A stretch of DNA of 59,219 bases from Holophagaceae bacterium (GCA_025358435.1 JANYJQ010000052.1:1-59219), one strand, 5' to 3'. Positions 8,659 to 18,967 are shown, counted from the first letter of the stretch. A program made the numbers and translations. The notes: a model not told the origin generated them from the sequence alone.

Positions 8659-10302
8659 CTACTTCTTCATGCGGAAGGAGCCCCCCACTCCGCCCATGTC
8701 GTTCGACTGGGGCGTCTCGGAGGTGCTCTTGTGGGCCGCCTCCCACGCATGCATCTCCGCCATGGAGACCCACGCGTCAGCATTGGCGTCGGCGTTCACC
8801 CCGGCTCCGGTCGGTGTCAGCCGGTTGAGCGCGCTGGTGATCCAGTAGTTGTACTCGCCGTGCGAGTAGGGCCGGCCACCAAAGGTTTCGTTCTCGGTGT
8901 CGGCAGGATAGGCGACCTGGTCCGGCCGGGCCGCGGTGGAGATGAAGGTCTTCGCGTTCTTGAGCGGATCGATGAAACCGCCGCTGAAGCACTGCTGCAT
9001 GAACACCGCCCGCCTGGCGTAGGTAACCGCGTTCAGCCTTGTGGAGAAGGCGCTCGCGCCCATCGCCCCGTCGCGCAGGCACAGCGTGGACTCGGAGCCG
9101 CTCCGGCCGCCGTGGTCGAAGGTCCAGACAAAAAGGGTGTCGTTGGAATCCAGTTTCGGAATGCCCCGGGCGGCATCGCCGTTCTTCAAGCCGTCGAAGA
9201 CCATGAAGACGTTGCCGTTCGTCGCGGCGTAATCCGTCACCCGGGTCGGGTGGCGGTAAGTGGGATTGGCTGAAGCGTAGTCGTTGCCGTCACCGTAGAG
9301 GACAAAGATGTCCGCCGGTGTGTATCCATTGGCAAGCAGGGTTTTGTACATCCAGACCGTGTCGTTCCAGAAGCATTCGCCCCAGAAGTTCTCGGCGAGA
9401 TCGCCGGTGATGAGCACCGCCACGCGTTTGGACAGGTTCAGGGGCCACTTCCATTGGGGCCGGACCTTCGCCTGGGCGACGAGATGTCTGTCGATGTTCC
9501 TGAGGATGCTGGTGGTCTCCAGCTCCGCGGCGGGCACCGCGGCCCGAATGATCTGCCCCTTCTGGAGGGCCAGGATTTCGCCGGAACGGATCCCCAGGCC
9601 CTTTGCGCCCGTGGTCTGAAGCTCGATATTATTCCTGCTGCGCTGGAGGGTGTCGCTGAAGCGGCGGACCTGGCTGCCGTTGCCGACCAGGACGAACAGG
9701 CCTCCATTCTGGAAGACCATCGCCTGGGGATCCGAGGCCGAAGCCCAGGCCGAAGCCACGATCCGCTTGGTGGCGGGATCGATCTTCAAGATCTCGCTGG
9801 AGAATCCGGCAGCCATCGCGACAAACACAAACTTGCCATCGGAGGCCACGCTGGAGAAGGATCCTTGACCCAGCCAGTGGGTGCCAGGAGCATGGCCGCT
9901 GGCTGGCAGAGAGGAATCCATGATATCGCTCAGCCTGAGCAGAGGGCTGATCACGCCGGTCTTGAGGTCGAGCGTGGACACGGTCTTGCGGTCGAGGTCG
10001 CCGACCACCAGGGCGGTGGAGCCGTGAGGCGAAATCGAGGCCCGGGTGATTCCGGTGGCGAAAGAGCGGGTGGTCTTGCCGGACGGGTCGATGATCGCGA
10101 TGGTATTGGCCCCGGCGCCGAACATCTGGCCATTCAGGTCCGTGAAAGTCTGGAACGGCTGTGCCTGTTTGAGCGCGATGGCTGGCGCCAGCTTGGCCTG
10201 CACAGGCGCGCTGGCGGACAGGGCCTGCGGTTTGCCGACCTGCGGGAAAGCCACCATGGCCGTGGCCAGCCAAGTGATCAAAGAAACAGAATGCTTCCTC
10301 AT
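8659..10302 (-). CDS. Secreted clan CD cysteine peptidase, legumain (C13)-like, with an N-terminal beta-rich domain
   Basis: Signal peptide (MRKHSVSLITWLATAMVAFPQ). His/Cys dyad contexts typical of C13 (LFVWTFDHGG and VFMQQCFSGGF). GGAGG ribosome-binding site 8 nt upstream of the ATG. Confidence 0.65.
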   Translation of the reverse strand: MRKHSVSLITWLATAMVAFPQVGKPQALSASAPVQAKLAPAIALKQAQPFQTFTDLNGQMFGAGANTIAIIDPSGKTTRSFATGITRASISPHGSTALVVGDLDRKTVSTLDLKTGVISPLLRLSDIMDSSLPASGHAPGTHWLGQGSFSSVASDGKFVFVAMAAGFSSEILKIDPATKRIVASAWASASDPQAMVFQNGGLFVLVGNGSQVRRFSDTLQRSRNNIELQTTGAKGLGIRSGEILALQKGQIIRAAVPAAELETTSILRNIDRHLVAQAKVRPQWKWPLNLSKRVAVLITGDLAENFWGECFWNDTVWMYKTLLANGYTPADIFVLYGDGNDYASANPTYRHPTRVTDYAATNGNVFMVFDGLKNGDAARGIPKLDSNDTLFVWTFDHGGRSGSESTLCLRDGAMGASAFSTRLNAVTYARRAVFMQQCFSGGFIDPLKNAKTFISTAARPDQVAYPADTENETFGGRPYSHGEYNYWITSALNRLTPTGAGVNADANADAWVSMAEMHAWEAAHKSTSETPQSNDMGGVGGSFRMKK

Positions 10303-10469
10303 TTTCCTACCTCCGGAAATGTGTGCCCATGGATGGGCTTGGACTGCTGATGGAACTTGGGTAAGCGAACCATACGTTCAAACCTTCACCCCCGGAAGTA
10401 CCAGTATTGACATTTCCCATTGGACCAGTTGAAAACTCCCTGCGCCTACCTGGAGCCTGACCCTTAAAA

Positions 10470-10662
10470 CCACCCGTAGGTGTTGGCCTGACCCTGGGCG
10501 GCAATTTTTTTCTGGACGAGAATCGCACCAAGGCTACGGCCATGGAGGGCCAGGTGGTGCTCTCCATAAGTGATGCGGTTAAGGTCGAGAACATCGACGT
10601 GGATGAGGACTTGCGCCGCGTCAGCGCCTGGGTGGCCGAAGCCGGTGAAGAAGCGCGGCTAG
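10470..10662 (+). pseudogene. Diverged duplicate fragment of the rnr 3' end (S1-domain end plus terminal KKRG-stop), lacking the repeat tail
   Basis: 10494-10643 aligns with rnr 8050-8199, with about 20 mismatches in ~150 nt by eye. It encodes LGGNFFLDENRTKATAMEGQVVLSISDAVKVENIDVDEDLRRVSAWVAEA. 10644-10662 resembles the last 19 nt of rnr but is shifted by 1 nt. There is no upstream coding continuation. Confidence 0.8.
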
Positions 10663-10747
10663 ATCGACCCGATAGTCGGAGAGAAGTAAAAAGCAGCCTT
10701 CTAGCAACCCTTCGAAAATGCAAACAGATCCATGAGCATGAACGGCA

Positions 10748-13282
10748 TTATTCCCTGCTGATTTCCTCGGCCACGAACCGGTCCAGGGCTGCGAAGGCGG
10801 AGTCCATGGCTATGAGCGCCTCGGCCAGCATCGGCCCTTTCCCGGCCCGCGCCTCGGTTTCCAGTGTCTGGGCCACTCCTGCCATCGGTCCGGCTCCAAC
10901 CATCCCGCAAGCACCTTTGATGCGATGGGAACACCTCGCCACTTCCCCCAGGTCCCCCTGTGCCTCCGCCTGTCGCAGCCCCGCAAGATCCGATCGAGTG
11001 GTGTCCAGGAAATCACGCAGGATCTCTAGAGAGGAGGCCCGGTCCCCTCGGGAGAGGCTGGCAAGAACAGCGAGGTCCACGGGCGAGCCGAAGGGCAGTT
11101 CAGCGGGCGCCTCCGAGGGCATTTCCGGCTCAGCACCTTCCATGAGCCCTGCCGCCGCCGGAAGCCAGACGCGCAACTTGGCGTCCAGGTCGGGGATGTT
11201 CACGGGCTTGATGATGCAATCGTCCATGCCTGCCGCGCGGCAACGTTCCAGCTCGCCGCGCAGGGCGTTGGCCGTGAGTGCGAGGATGGGCAGGCGCGGC
11301 TTCCCGCTCGTTGCCTCGTTCTCACGGACTTCCTGCGCCAGCTGGTAGCCGTCCATGCGGGGCATCATGATATCGGTGAGCAGGAGCCCATAACGGGTCT
11401 TGGCCAACGCAGCCAGAGCCGCCAGCCCGTCTTCCGCGACATCCACCTGGTAGCCGGCCATCGCCAACTGCCGGGACAGCACAGCCCGGTTGGTGGGGTG
11501 GTCCTCCACCAGGAGGATGAGACAGCCCCTGGCTTCGGCCATGCCGCGGCTGGGGGGCTTCACTGGGACCCAGGCGGCTTTCCGCGCCTCCCCAGGCTCC
11601 TGGCCAGGGGAAGCTGGTTCCGTGCGCGGGAAGGCCGCCACGAAGGACATGGTGGTGCCCGTGCCTTCCGCGCTTTCCATGGTGATATCGCCCCCCATCA
11701 GCCGAGCCAGGCTGCGGCAGATCGACAAGCCCAGGCCGGTGCCTCCGAATTGGCGGGTGGTGCTTGACTCCGCTTGCACGAAGGGCTGGAAGAGAGGCAG
11801 CTGGTTGGCCTTGGACACGCCGATGCCGGTGTCCTGCACTTGAAAGGCCAGGGACTGGCTTGAAGCATCCGAGTCCAGCACGTCCACTTTCATGGTGATG
11901 GACCCAACGCTCGTGAACTTCAACGCATTGCTCAAGAAATTGTCGAGGATCTCCTTGCATCGTACGGAGTCCGCGAAGTGCGCTTCCCCCAGGTCAGGAT
12001 CAATGGTGCAGGTCATCGCCAACCCCTTCTGCGCGCCCAGGCCGGCATGGGTGGCGAAGACCTCATCCACGATGCGCCGGAAGGAGACCACCTTGGGCTC
12101 CAATTCCAGCTTTCCGGCCTCGATCTTGGAAAAGTCCAGGATGTCGCCGATGATGCCGAGCAGCGCGCGGGAGGATGACTCGATGGTGTCCAGAGCCAAC
12201 CGCTGCTCCTCGTCCAGGCGTGTGTGGGAGAGCACTTCGGCCATGCCGAGCATGCCGATCATGGGCGTCCGGATCTCATGGCTCATGTTGGCGAGGAACC
12301 GCGACTTCGCCTCGTTTGCGGCGCGCGCCTCTTCGGCCAGCTTGCCAGCCTTGTTGGTCGCGACCTGAAGTTCCTCGGTGCGCAAGGCCACCTCGCGCTC
12401 CAGCGTTTGCCTGTGGCTGAGCACCTCCGTCCGGGCCGCCCGAAGTTGGGTCAGCATCCCACTGAACGCAGTCGCCAGGATGTTGGTTTCATCTTTGGAC
12501 ACACCAGCCGGCACGTCTTCCACGACATCGATATCAAGGTTCCCCTCGCTGACCAAACGCGCAACGACCGTGAGTTTGTGGAGCCGTCGGGAAAGCAATT
12601 GAGCCAGCAGCAGCGCCAAGAGAATCGCAAAGGCCATGGTCGCGATGGCGAAGATCAAGATGGTGGCTTGGCGTTCACTCTGCCGGCGCGCCAGCGACTC
12701 GCTGATCCTGGCCAATTCCCCGCGTTCGCTAGCCAGCGCGGACCGGATGATCGAGAGGAAATTGCGCTCGGCTACCTCGAACTTTTCCTTCTCCTCCAGA
12801 ACCACTACGCCGCTGGCGTTGCGTTCCTTCAGGGCGATGAGGTCCGCGCTACCCTTGTTGAGCGCATCCACCGCAAGCCTGATCTGGGCGAGGTGGTCCA
12901 CCTCCTCCTGGCGGTGCCAGGGCGGATCCGCGTCAACGAGACGCGCATAGCGGCCGATGGCCGAAGCGCACTCCCGGGCACCGACGGTGAGGAGGGTGCG
13001 CTCGTCTTCTTCCTGGGCATCGCCCGGTCTGGCCGCATCGCCTGGAGCCGATGTGCGGGACCGCTCGCTTCGGATCACAAGGAATTCTGAAGTCGATGCA
13101 ACGATACGGATGCCGCCTGACCGCAGATCCTCAAGGGCTCCGATGGTCGGCTCGGTGCCCTCCATGATCGCCGCCATAGCAGCGTCGGCGTCGCGCTGGG
13201 CCCACAGCGAAACGAGGACGACGACCCAGACGAGGGCGGCGATGGCGAGGTTGCTCGCCAGGAATTTGGAGCGGAGGGTCAT
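10748..13282 (-). CDS. Hybrid sensor histidine kinase (TM-sensor, HAMP, HisKA, HATPase_c, REC, HPt)
   Basis: H-box [14 protein letters not shown]-boxes [19 protein letters not shown]. Receiver domain [11 protein letters not shown] ... [10 protein letters not shown]-terminal HPt [13 protein letters not shown]. The start is taken at MTLRSKF (13282); the ORF track allows 13315. Confidence 0.9.
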   Translation of the reverse strand: MTLRSKFLASNLAIAALVWVVVLVSLWAQRDADAAMAAIMEGTEPTIGALEDLRSGGIRIVASTSEFLVIRSERSRTSAPGDAARPGDAQEEDERTLLTVGARECASAIGRYARLVDADPPWHRQEEVDHLAQIRLAVDALNKGSADLIALKERNASGVVVLEEKEKFEVAERNFLSIIRSALASERGELARISESLARRQSERQATILIFAIATMAFAILLALLLAQLLSRRLHKLTVVARLVSEGNLDIDVVEDVPAGVSKDETNILATAFSGMLTQLRAARTEVLSHRQTLEREVALRTEELQVATNKAGKLAEEARAANEAKSRFLANMSHEIRTPMIGMLGMAEVLSHTRLDEEQRLALDTIESSSRALLGIIGDILDFSKIEAGKLELEPKVVSFRRIVDEVFATHAGLGAQKGLAMTCTIDPDLGEAHFADSVRCKEILDNFLSNALKFTSVGSITMKVDVLDSDASSQSLAFQVQDTGIGVSKANQLPLFQPFVQAESSTTRQFGGTGLGLSICRSLARLMGGDITMESAEGTGTTMSFVAAFPRTEPASPGQEPGEARKAAWVPVKPPSRGMAEARGCLILLVEDHPTNRAVLSRQLAMAGYQVDVAEDGLAALAALAKTRYGLLLTDIMMPRMDGYQLAQEVRENEATSGKPRLPILALTANALRGELERCRAAGMDDCIIKPVNIPDLDAKLRVWLPAAAGLMEGAEPEMPSEAPAELPFGSPVDLAVLASLSRGDRASSLEILRDFLDTTRSDLAGLRQAEAQGDLGEVARCSHRIKGACGMVGAGPMAGVAQTLETEARAGKGPMLAEALIAMDSAFAALDRFVAEEISRE

Positions 13283-13553
13283 GGCAGGTTGTCCAATCAG
13301 AACCCGACCCTGCATTGAATCATGACACCCCGGTCTGGAGTGGAACTGTTGAGGCCCATGGGCGCGGCGATGGCAGAGAACGTCTCGTCAGCAACATTCC
13401 ACTTCATGCCAGTTGAGACGGAGCTCTGGTGGTTGGCCAGAAATCCCCGTCCAATCCGGGGAAGAGATGCGGCCGCCGGACCCGCCGCGCACGTTCACGG
13501 GCCGGAGGGTGGAGTCGGCGGTGGAGGAGTAGGCTAAGAGCGAAGGAGGGGGG

Positions 13554-14693
13554 ATGCTGGGCACTCTCGACCATGTGATCGGATCGATGATGGCGTCGCC
13601 CGTGGAATTGTGGGAGGCATTCGGGGCGGGTGTCTACCTGGTATTCGGGCTGATCAATTTAGATCTATGGATCCGCCGCCGGGATCGCATGGGCCACCTC
13701 TGGCTGGCGGGCTCCAGCGCAGGCGCGCTCATCGTGGACATCACGGGCATGGTGGTCCGCCGCCTTGGACTTGCGACTCCCCCATGGATTGAGTCGCTCA
13801 ACGGAATCGGGGTTGCGGTGGCCACGGTGTGCCTGTTCGAGCTGGTTTGCTCACTCGGTCACAAACAACCGGGCCGGATCGCCCGCGTTCTCCAGGCATT
13901 CGTGTTGATGCTGGCTCCCGTCCCGGGACTTCTGCTTCCTCAGCTCATGCCTCTTCTCCTCCTGGGCTGCTTCGTTCTCCTTGGCTGGGCCATGGCGCGC
14001 GCATTCCGTGCAGCCAGGGAAGGTGGCCGCGATCCGAGCATGGTGGCGAAAGGCTTCCTGGTCCTTACCGCGTGCCTGATCCTCGACCTCATGAAGGAGT
14101 TTCACTTCGCCCCCATCCCCACCGGGCTGCCCATCGTGGGGTTCATCGTCCTTTTCCTGACCTCCACCCGCTCCCTCATCAACCGCTTCGGTCGTGAAGA
14201 AGAGGCCTCCCGAACCGATTCGCTCACGGGGTTGCCGAACCGCCGGGGTTTGCTCGAAGCCAGCGACGGCGCGCTTGTGCGGAGCCGCAGGTCGGGGCGG
14301 ACCGTCTCCATCGTGTTGTCTGACCTGGACCACTTCAAACGCGTCAACGACTCCCTGGGACATGCAGCGGGCGACGCCGTGCTGAAGGCCGTGGCAGATG
14401 CCATCCGTTCCACCGTGCGAAGCCAGGATGTGGCCGCTCGATGGGGAGGAGAGGAGTTCCTCCTCCTGCTGCCGGACACGGGGAAAGAGGGGGCGGTGCA
14501 TGTGGCCGAGTCAGCGCGCTCGGCGATCTCTGCGTTGGTCATCGAACACAATGGCTCGCGGATCCAAGTAACCCTGTCTCTGGGGGTGGCTGAGCACCTA
14601 GCCGACCGGAGCATCGAAGAGACCATCGCCCAGGCCGATGCGGCACTCTATCTGGCCAAAGAGGAGGGCCGCAATCGGGTCGCCGCGTTATGA
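13554..14693 (+). CDS. Membrane-anchored diguanylate cyclase (GGDEF domain)
   Basis: Multi-TM N-terminal half. RTDSLTGLPNRRG ... GGEEF active-site motif. Confidence 0.9.
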   Translation: MLGTLDHVIGSMMASPVELWEAFGAGVYLVFGLINLDLWIRRRDRMGHLWLAGSSAGALIVDITGMVVRRLGLATPPWIESLNGIGVAVATVCLFELVCSLGHKQPGRIARVLQAFVLMLAPVPGLLLPQLMPLLLLGCFVLLGWAMARAFRAAREGGRDPSMVAKGFLVLTACLILDLMKEFHFAPIPTGLPIVGFIVLFLTSTRSLINRFGREEEASRTDSLTGLPNRRGLLEASDGALVRSRRSGRTVSIVLSDLDHFKRVNDSLGHAAGDAVLKAVADAIRSTVRSQDVAARWGGEEFLLLLPDTGKEGAVHVAESARSAISALVIEHNGSRIQVTLSLGVAEHLADRSIEETIAQADAALYLAKEEGRNRVAAL

Positions 14694-14784
14694 ACCCTCT
14701 GCTCAGGTAAGCGAAAATGCCTGACAAGAAACTCGCGACCACACAGAAATTCTGGACCAAGGCCCAAGGCGGTAGCATCACTAC

Positions 14785-15282
14785 ATGCCCATTCCCATGG
14801 CAACTCCCTCCATCTGCCTCGGCGTGGACCCCGGCTCTTTGTCTTGCGGATGGGCAGTGGTGTCGCGGCTAGGATCGCGGATGGAGCTGGTGGAGGCGGG
14901 CGTCATCCGCTCACCGCGGGGCTCGGAGTTCTCTGACCGGATTCACGGCATCCATCTGAAACTTTCAGAGGTCATCGCCGCGCATCATCCGCAGTTCATG
15001 GCGGTGGAATCGCCCTTCGTGGAGAAGAACAGCGCCACGGCCATCAAGCTGGGCCAGATCCGCGGAGGCATCCTGCTCACGGGCGCCTTGCATGGTCTGC
15101 CAGTGGGCGACTACAACCCCATGCAGGTGAAAAAGGCCGTCAGCGGTTACGGCTGGGCCGACAAGAATCAGGTCGGGAAAATGGTGATGACCATCCTGAA
15201 CTTGAAGGCACCCCTGGCCGCAGACGCCGCCGACGCCGCCGCAGTGGCGATTGGCCATCTGCTGGCCACGCGGCGGAGCTGA
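14785..15282 (+). CDS. ruvC: Crossover junction endodeoxyribonuclease RuvC
   Basis: N-terminal ICLGVDPGSLSCGWAVV and RuvC-type length and acidic residues. The start may be the internal Met at 14797. Confidence 0.9.
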   Translation: MPIPMATPSICLGVDPGSLSCGWAVVSRLGSRMELVEAGVIRSPRGSEFSDRIHGIHLKLSEVIAAHHPQFMAVESPFVEKNSATAIKLGQIRGGILLTGALHGLPVGDYNPMQVKKAVSGYGWADKNQVGKMVMTILNLKAPLAADAADAAAVAIGHLLATRRS

Positions 15283-15367
15283 TTTGCGCCGGGTCCCCCG
15301 CTACCTGTTCCTGATCGCAAAGCGTTACGGCCGCTGGGTGCTGCGGCATCGCCCGCACGCGGAGAAT

Positions 15368-16204
15368 ATGCAAGCGGATCTGCAGGCTGACCTGCAGGCG
15401 GTTCTGGACCGCGCGGTGGCCACGCTGCCGCTGCAGTCGGGGATCTTCACCAAGGAAGGGGCGTTGCGCACGGCGGCGATGAACCGCCAGCTGGCCTGGT
15501 GCATGGCCTTCATCGCAGGGGCCGTGAACGCCGGCGGCTACCTCGCTGTAGGCCACTACACCTCCCACATGACCGGAATCGTGTCCTCCATGGCCGACAA
15601 CACGGCGGAGGGTGATGTGTTCACGGCCCTCGCGGCCCTTGCCATGATCCTCTTCTTCATGGGTGGGGCCTTTCTGTCCACAACCCTCCTGAGCTTCGGA
15701 AAACGCCGTGAGCTGCCCAGCCGCTACGCCATCAGCCTCCTCGCAGAAGCAGTTCTGCTGCTGGTCTTCGGCTTCATGGGCGGCAGTCTCCAGGACCGCA
15801 TCCGCTTCCACCTGCCTGAAACCGTCGCCCTGCTCTGCTTCATCATGGGCATGCACAATTCCCTGACCACGAACATCAGCGGCGCCGCGGTGCGCACGAC
15901 GCACCTCACGGGAACAGTGACGGACATCGGCATCGAATTGAGCAAGCTGACCTATGTCAACGTGAACAAGGATCCCCAACTGGAACGCATCGAAGCCAAC
16001 CGCTCCAAACTGCGGCTCTACCTGCTGATCCTCGTCTCCTTCTTCATCGGCGGAACCGTGGGCGCGCTAGGATTCCACTACATCGGCTTCAAGGTGACGG
16101 TGCCGCTGGCCGCCTTCCTCTGCTTCCTGGCAGCCCGACCGATCATCCTGCAGGTGCGGCTAGCGCTGCGCATGCTGAAGCGGAATCTCGAAGAAGAGAA
16201 GTAG
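15368..16204 (+). CDS. DUF1275 (YoaK-like) family membrane protein
   Basis: Motifs FIAGAVNAGGYLAVGHYTSHMTG and RTTHLTGTVTDIG, with 6 or more TM segments. The start is chosen at Met40 of the track ORF (15251), because the first 39 codons overlap ruvC and do not look like protein. Confidence 0.75.
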   Translation: MQADLQADLQAVLDRAVATLPLQSGIFTKEGALRTAAMNRQLAWCMAFIAGAVNAGGYLAVGHYTSHMTGIVSSMADNTAEGDVFTALAALAMILFFMGGAFLSTTLLSFGKRRELPSRYAISLLAEAVLLLVFGFMGGSLQDRIRFHLPETVALLCFIMGMHNSLTTNISGAAVRTTHLTGTVTDIGIELSKLTYVNVNKDPQLERIEANRSKLRLYLLILVSFFIGGTVGALGFHYIGFKVTVPLAAFLCFLAARPIILQVRLALRMLKRNLEEEK

Positions 16205-16266
16205 CTATTCCCACGGACCAGGAATCGCAACAAACTGGTTCTGCTTGGCAGGCAATCCACTGGTGT

Positions 16267-16295
16267 CGGACTTAGGCAGCCTGGTCCTAAGTCCG
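16267..16295 (+). terminator. Perfect 10-bp stem hairpin downstream of the DUF1275 gene
   Basis: CGGACTTAGG-(9-10 nt)-CCTAAGTCCG followed by ATCTTT. The T-tract is weak. Confidence 0.4.
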
Positions 16296-16465
16296 ATCTT
16301 TGGGGCCATAAGGCCCTTCGACTCGCCTCAGAGCACCATCCACGAAGTTCGAGCTTGCCTCGGACCATCATCCATCGCGTCGGCCTGTGATCGGTGATGG
16401 GCGCCGCAACGGCTTCGATTTTGGCCGGAGAACCATCCATCGCGTGGGACGTTTTGGCCGACATA

Positions 16466-16545
16466 AGGGGCCGTAACGCCTTGGCCAGAAGAACGCTGGC
16501 CAAGGTGTAACGGCCCCTAAAGGAAGGGCACCGAAGGGTGCCCTT
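16466..16545. terminator. Two adjacent strong hairpins in the convergent spacer between the DUF1275 gene and yyaL
   Basis: 16466-16518 has 23-nt arms (AGGGGCCGTAACGCCTTGGCCAG / CTGGCCAAGGTGTAACGGCCCCT) with 2 mismatches and a 7-nt loop. 16524-16545 is AAGGGCACC-GAAG-GGTGCCCTT followed by GTTTG. Confidence 0.45.
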
Positions 16546-16677
16546 GTTTGGGTCGCAGCTCTGCGGTACCTAGAATATCCGCATGCTGGAAGGGCAGGCA
16601 GGGAATGGCCGCCCCCTTGTTTAAGATCGCTTAGTTCTGCGATCTCAAGCTTCAAGATGAGTCATCCAGAGCCGCGC

Positions 16678-18741
16678 TCAAGGGGAAATTTTGGGAGAAG
16701 TTTGGAGCAGTAATAATCTCAATTCCAATGCATCCCCAACGGGTGCCGCACATGAATTTTTTTCACAAACGAAAACCAGTGGAGGGCCGCCCATCGCGCC
16801 TTTTCCTTGATGCAAAGGAAGCGCCGGATCAGCGCCAGTCCAACTTAGAGTGCGATGAGGAATGAACATCCTGTGGACTTCAGCAAGCAAGTTCACGGCT
16901 TGCTTCAGATCACCTGAAATCACAATTCCCAGCTGGGTTCGGAGGGCTGAATCCAGAGCATTGATCATGCCAGGAAAGGCACGGGGAGCTTTCTGCATCC
17001 AGGGGGTGAAACAAGTCAGAACGCGCTCTGCCGAAGTTCTGAAATCCTGCCGTTCAAGATGCCTGGAGAGACGAAGCAATGCCGTCGTCGCCAGGGTGTT
17101 GCCACTGGGCAGCGCGTTGTCGAAACTCGGTTTCTGGCGGAACAACAGATCCTTCATGCCTACTTCGGTGCTGAAGAATCCGCCATCTTTGGCATCTTCA
17201 AACTTAGTGCGCATGGCCTCAGCGACCTGCTCCGCCAACCGCAGCCAGCGGGCCTCGAAACACGCTTCATAGACATCCACCAATCCATTCGCCACGGTGG
17301 CGTAATCTTCCAAAAAACCTGGTGTATGGGCGCGGCCCTGGCGATAGACGCGAAGCAGGACGCCGTCCTTCCAAAGTTCTCGTTGGATGAATTCCGCGCA
17401 AGCCATTGCGGCTTCCAAGTAGCGTTCAGCACCCAATACCTGGGCCCCACGGGCGAATGCCGAAAGCGCAAGACCATTCCAGGCCGCCAGCACTTTGTCA
17501 TCCTTGCCAGGGCGGATCCGGAGGTCGCGGACACTACGCAGCCTTTCACGCAGCACGCTGAAGGCGGCTTCCGGGCCCTTCGTGGAACCCGCGCCGCGAT
17601 CAAAGAGGTGCAACACCGATGCGCCATGCTCGAAGTTGCCCTTGGCCGTGATGCCATAGGCTTCGCAGAACCTCGGCGCATCATCGCCCAGAACCTTTCG
17701 CGCTTCTTCTGGTGTGAAGACGTAGAACTTGCCTTCTTCGCCCTCGCTGTCGGCGTCCTCGGAAGAATGGATGCCACCGGATTCATCCAGCATGTCGCGC
17801 AGCAAGTAGTCCAGGCTCTCCGCTGCGATGGACGCATATTTTTCATCGCCCGTTTTCTGGAATGCCGCCAGGTAGCAGCAGATGAGCTGCGCATTGTCGT
17901 AGAGCATCTTTTCGAAGTGGGGCACCAGCCATTGCGTGTCCACACTGTAGCGGGAGAAGCCGCCGCCCAGGTGGTCGTACATCCCGCCTTCCCACATGGC
18001 GTCCAGCGTCCGGATCGCCATGCTCTGATCTGCCTCGGAACCCCGACGCAAAATAAGTTCGATGGCCATGTGGCCGGGGAATTTCGGCGCGCCGCCAAAA
18101 CCACCCCAGCCGGGATCGAAACTGCTGCGCAGTTGTTGAAGCGCATTTTCAAACACGCTTTCATCAGGCAAGGAATCTCGAGCTTCCCGCACCGCGAGGC
18201 TCGCCTGCCGTGCCAGATCGTTGGTCAATTCCGCAGCCTGCCCGATCACATCCGAACGCTTCTCCTTCCACAGTTCTGCGATGCGCTTCAACAGCGGGAT
18301 GAAGCCGGGCATGCCCCGTACCGGCTGGGGCGGGAAATAGGTTCCTCCGTAGAAGGGCCGCAGATCCGGCGCGAGCCAGACGCTCATGGGCCACCCCCCG
18401 TGGCCTGTCAATATCTGCACTGCGTCCATATAAAGGTCATCGAGATCCGGCCGTTCTTCGCGGTCCACTTTGATGGGAATGAAATGGCTGTTCAGGATGT
18501 CCGCCACCTCTGGATTCTCGAAGGACTCCCGCTCCATCACTTGGCACCAGTGGCATGCGCTATAGCCGATGGAAAGAAATATCGGCCGGTCCATATCCTT
18601 GGCTTCCTGCAGCGCCGCCGCGTCCCAGGGCCGCCAATCCACGGGGTTGTGGGCATGCTGGAGCAGATAAGGGCTGAGGCTTTCAGCAAGGCGATTGGTC
18701 ATGAAGGCTCCGGGTCCCATTGAAGCAGTCAAGGCAGCCAT
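16678..18741 (-). CDS. Thioredoxin-domain protein, YyaL/SSP411 family (DUF255 plus six-hairpin glycosidase-like domain)
   Basis: SPYLLQHAHNPVDWRPW ... FLSIGYSACHWCQVME signature. About 680 aa. The start may be the Met at 18702. Confidence 0.85.
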   Translation of the reverse strand: MAALTASMGPGAFMTNRLAESLSPYLLQHAHNPVDWRPWDAAALQEAKDMDRPIFLSIGYSACHWCQVMERESFENPEVADILNSHFIPIKVDREERPDLDDLYMDAVQILTGHGGWPMSVWLAPDLRPFYGGTYFPPQPVRGMPGFIPLLKRIAELWKEKRSDVIGQAAELTNDLARQASLAVREARDSLPDESVFENALQQLRSSFDPGWGGFGGAPKFPGHMAIELILRRGSEADQSMAIRTLDAMWEGGMYDHLGGGFSRYSVDTQWLVPHFEKMLYDNAQLICCYLAAFQKTGDEKYASIAAESLDYLLRDMLDESGGIHSSEDADSEGEEGKFYVFTPEEARKVLGDDAPRFCEAYGITAKGNFEHGASVLHLFDRGAGSTKGPEAAFSVLRERLRSVRDLRIRPGKDDKVLAAWNGLALSAFARGAQVLGAERYLEAAMACAEFIQRELWKDGVLLRVYRQGRAHTPGFLEDYATVANGLVDVYEACFEARWLRLAEQVAEAMRTKFEDAKDGGFFSTEVGMKDLLFRQKPSFDNALPSGNTLATTALLRLSRHLERQDFRTSAERVLTCFTPWMQKAPRAFPGMINALDSALRTQLGIVISGDLKQAVNLLAEVHRMFIPHRTLSWTGADPALPLHQGKGAMGGPPLVFVCEKNSCAAPVGDALELRLLLLQTSPKISP

Positions 18742-18967
18742 GAAGCCACACTAATAAAAACCACGAATGAAATGGAAAACTTAGCCGGGACGAAGGGGAT
18801 GCATGCGATGGAAAAACTCGATTTATTTGGCTTCATCCTCTTTAATCCCCTTCATCCTGGCTAAATATCCCTTCCCGGCTGAGCGGGTTCGTGGCTCCTT
18901 TTCAGTCTGCCAATCAGCACGCAGGCGATAGAATGGAGGATTGGCCGCGACTGGCTCTGGATGCCGC

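Noticed and set aside
10408-10436. TTGACA-N17-TGAAAA promoter-like element pointing towards the rnr fragment.
   Set aside because: The -10 hexamer matches the TATAAT consensus at only 3 of 6 positions. Promoter consensus for this lineage is unknown to me, so this is not supportable from sequence alone.
13299-13545. Possible relic of an outer-membrane beta-barrel gene on the minus strand. It ends in ...[12 protein letters not shown]-stop, just upstream of the histidine kinase start.
   Set aside because: Only about 60 codons are open, and a frameshift is needed to extend it. A C-terminal Phe with alternating hydrophobic residues could arise by chance in this composition. It cannot be supported without a homology search, so it is not reported as a feature.
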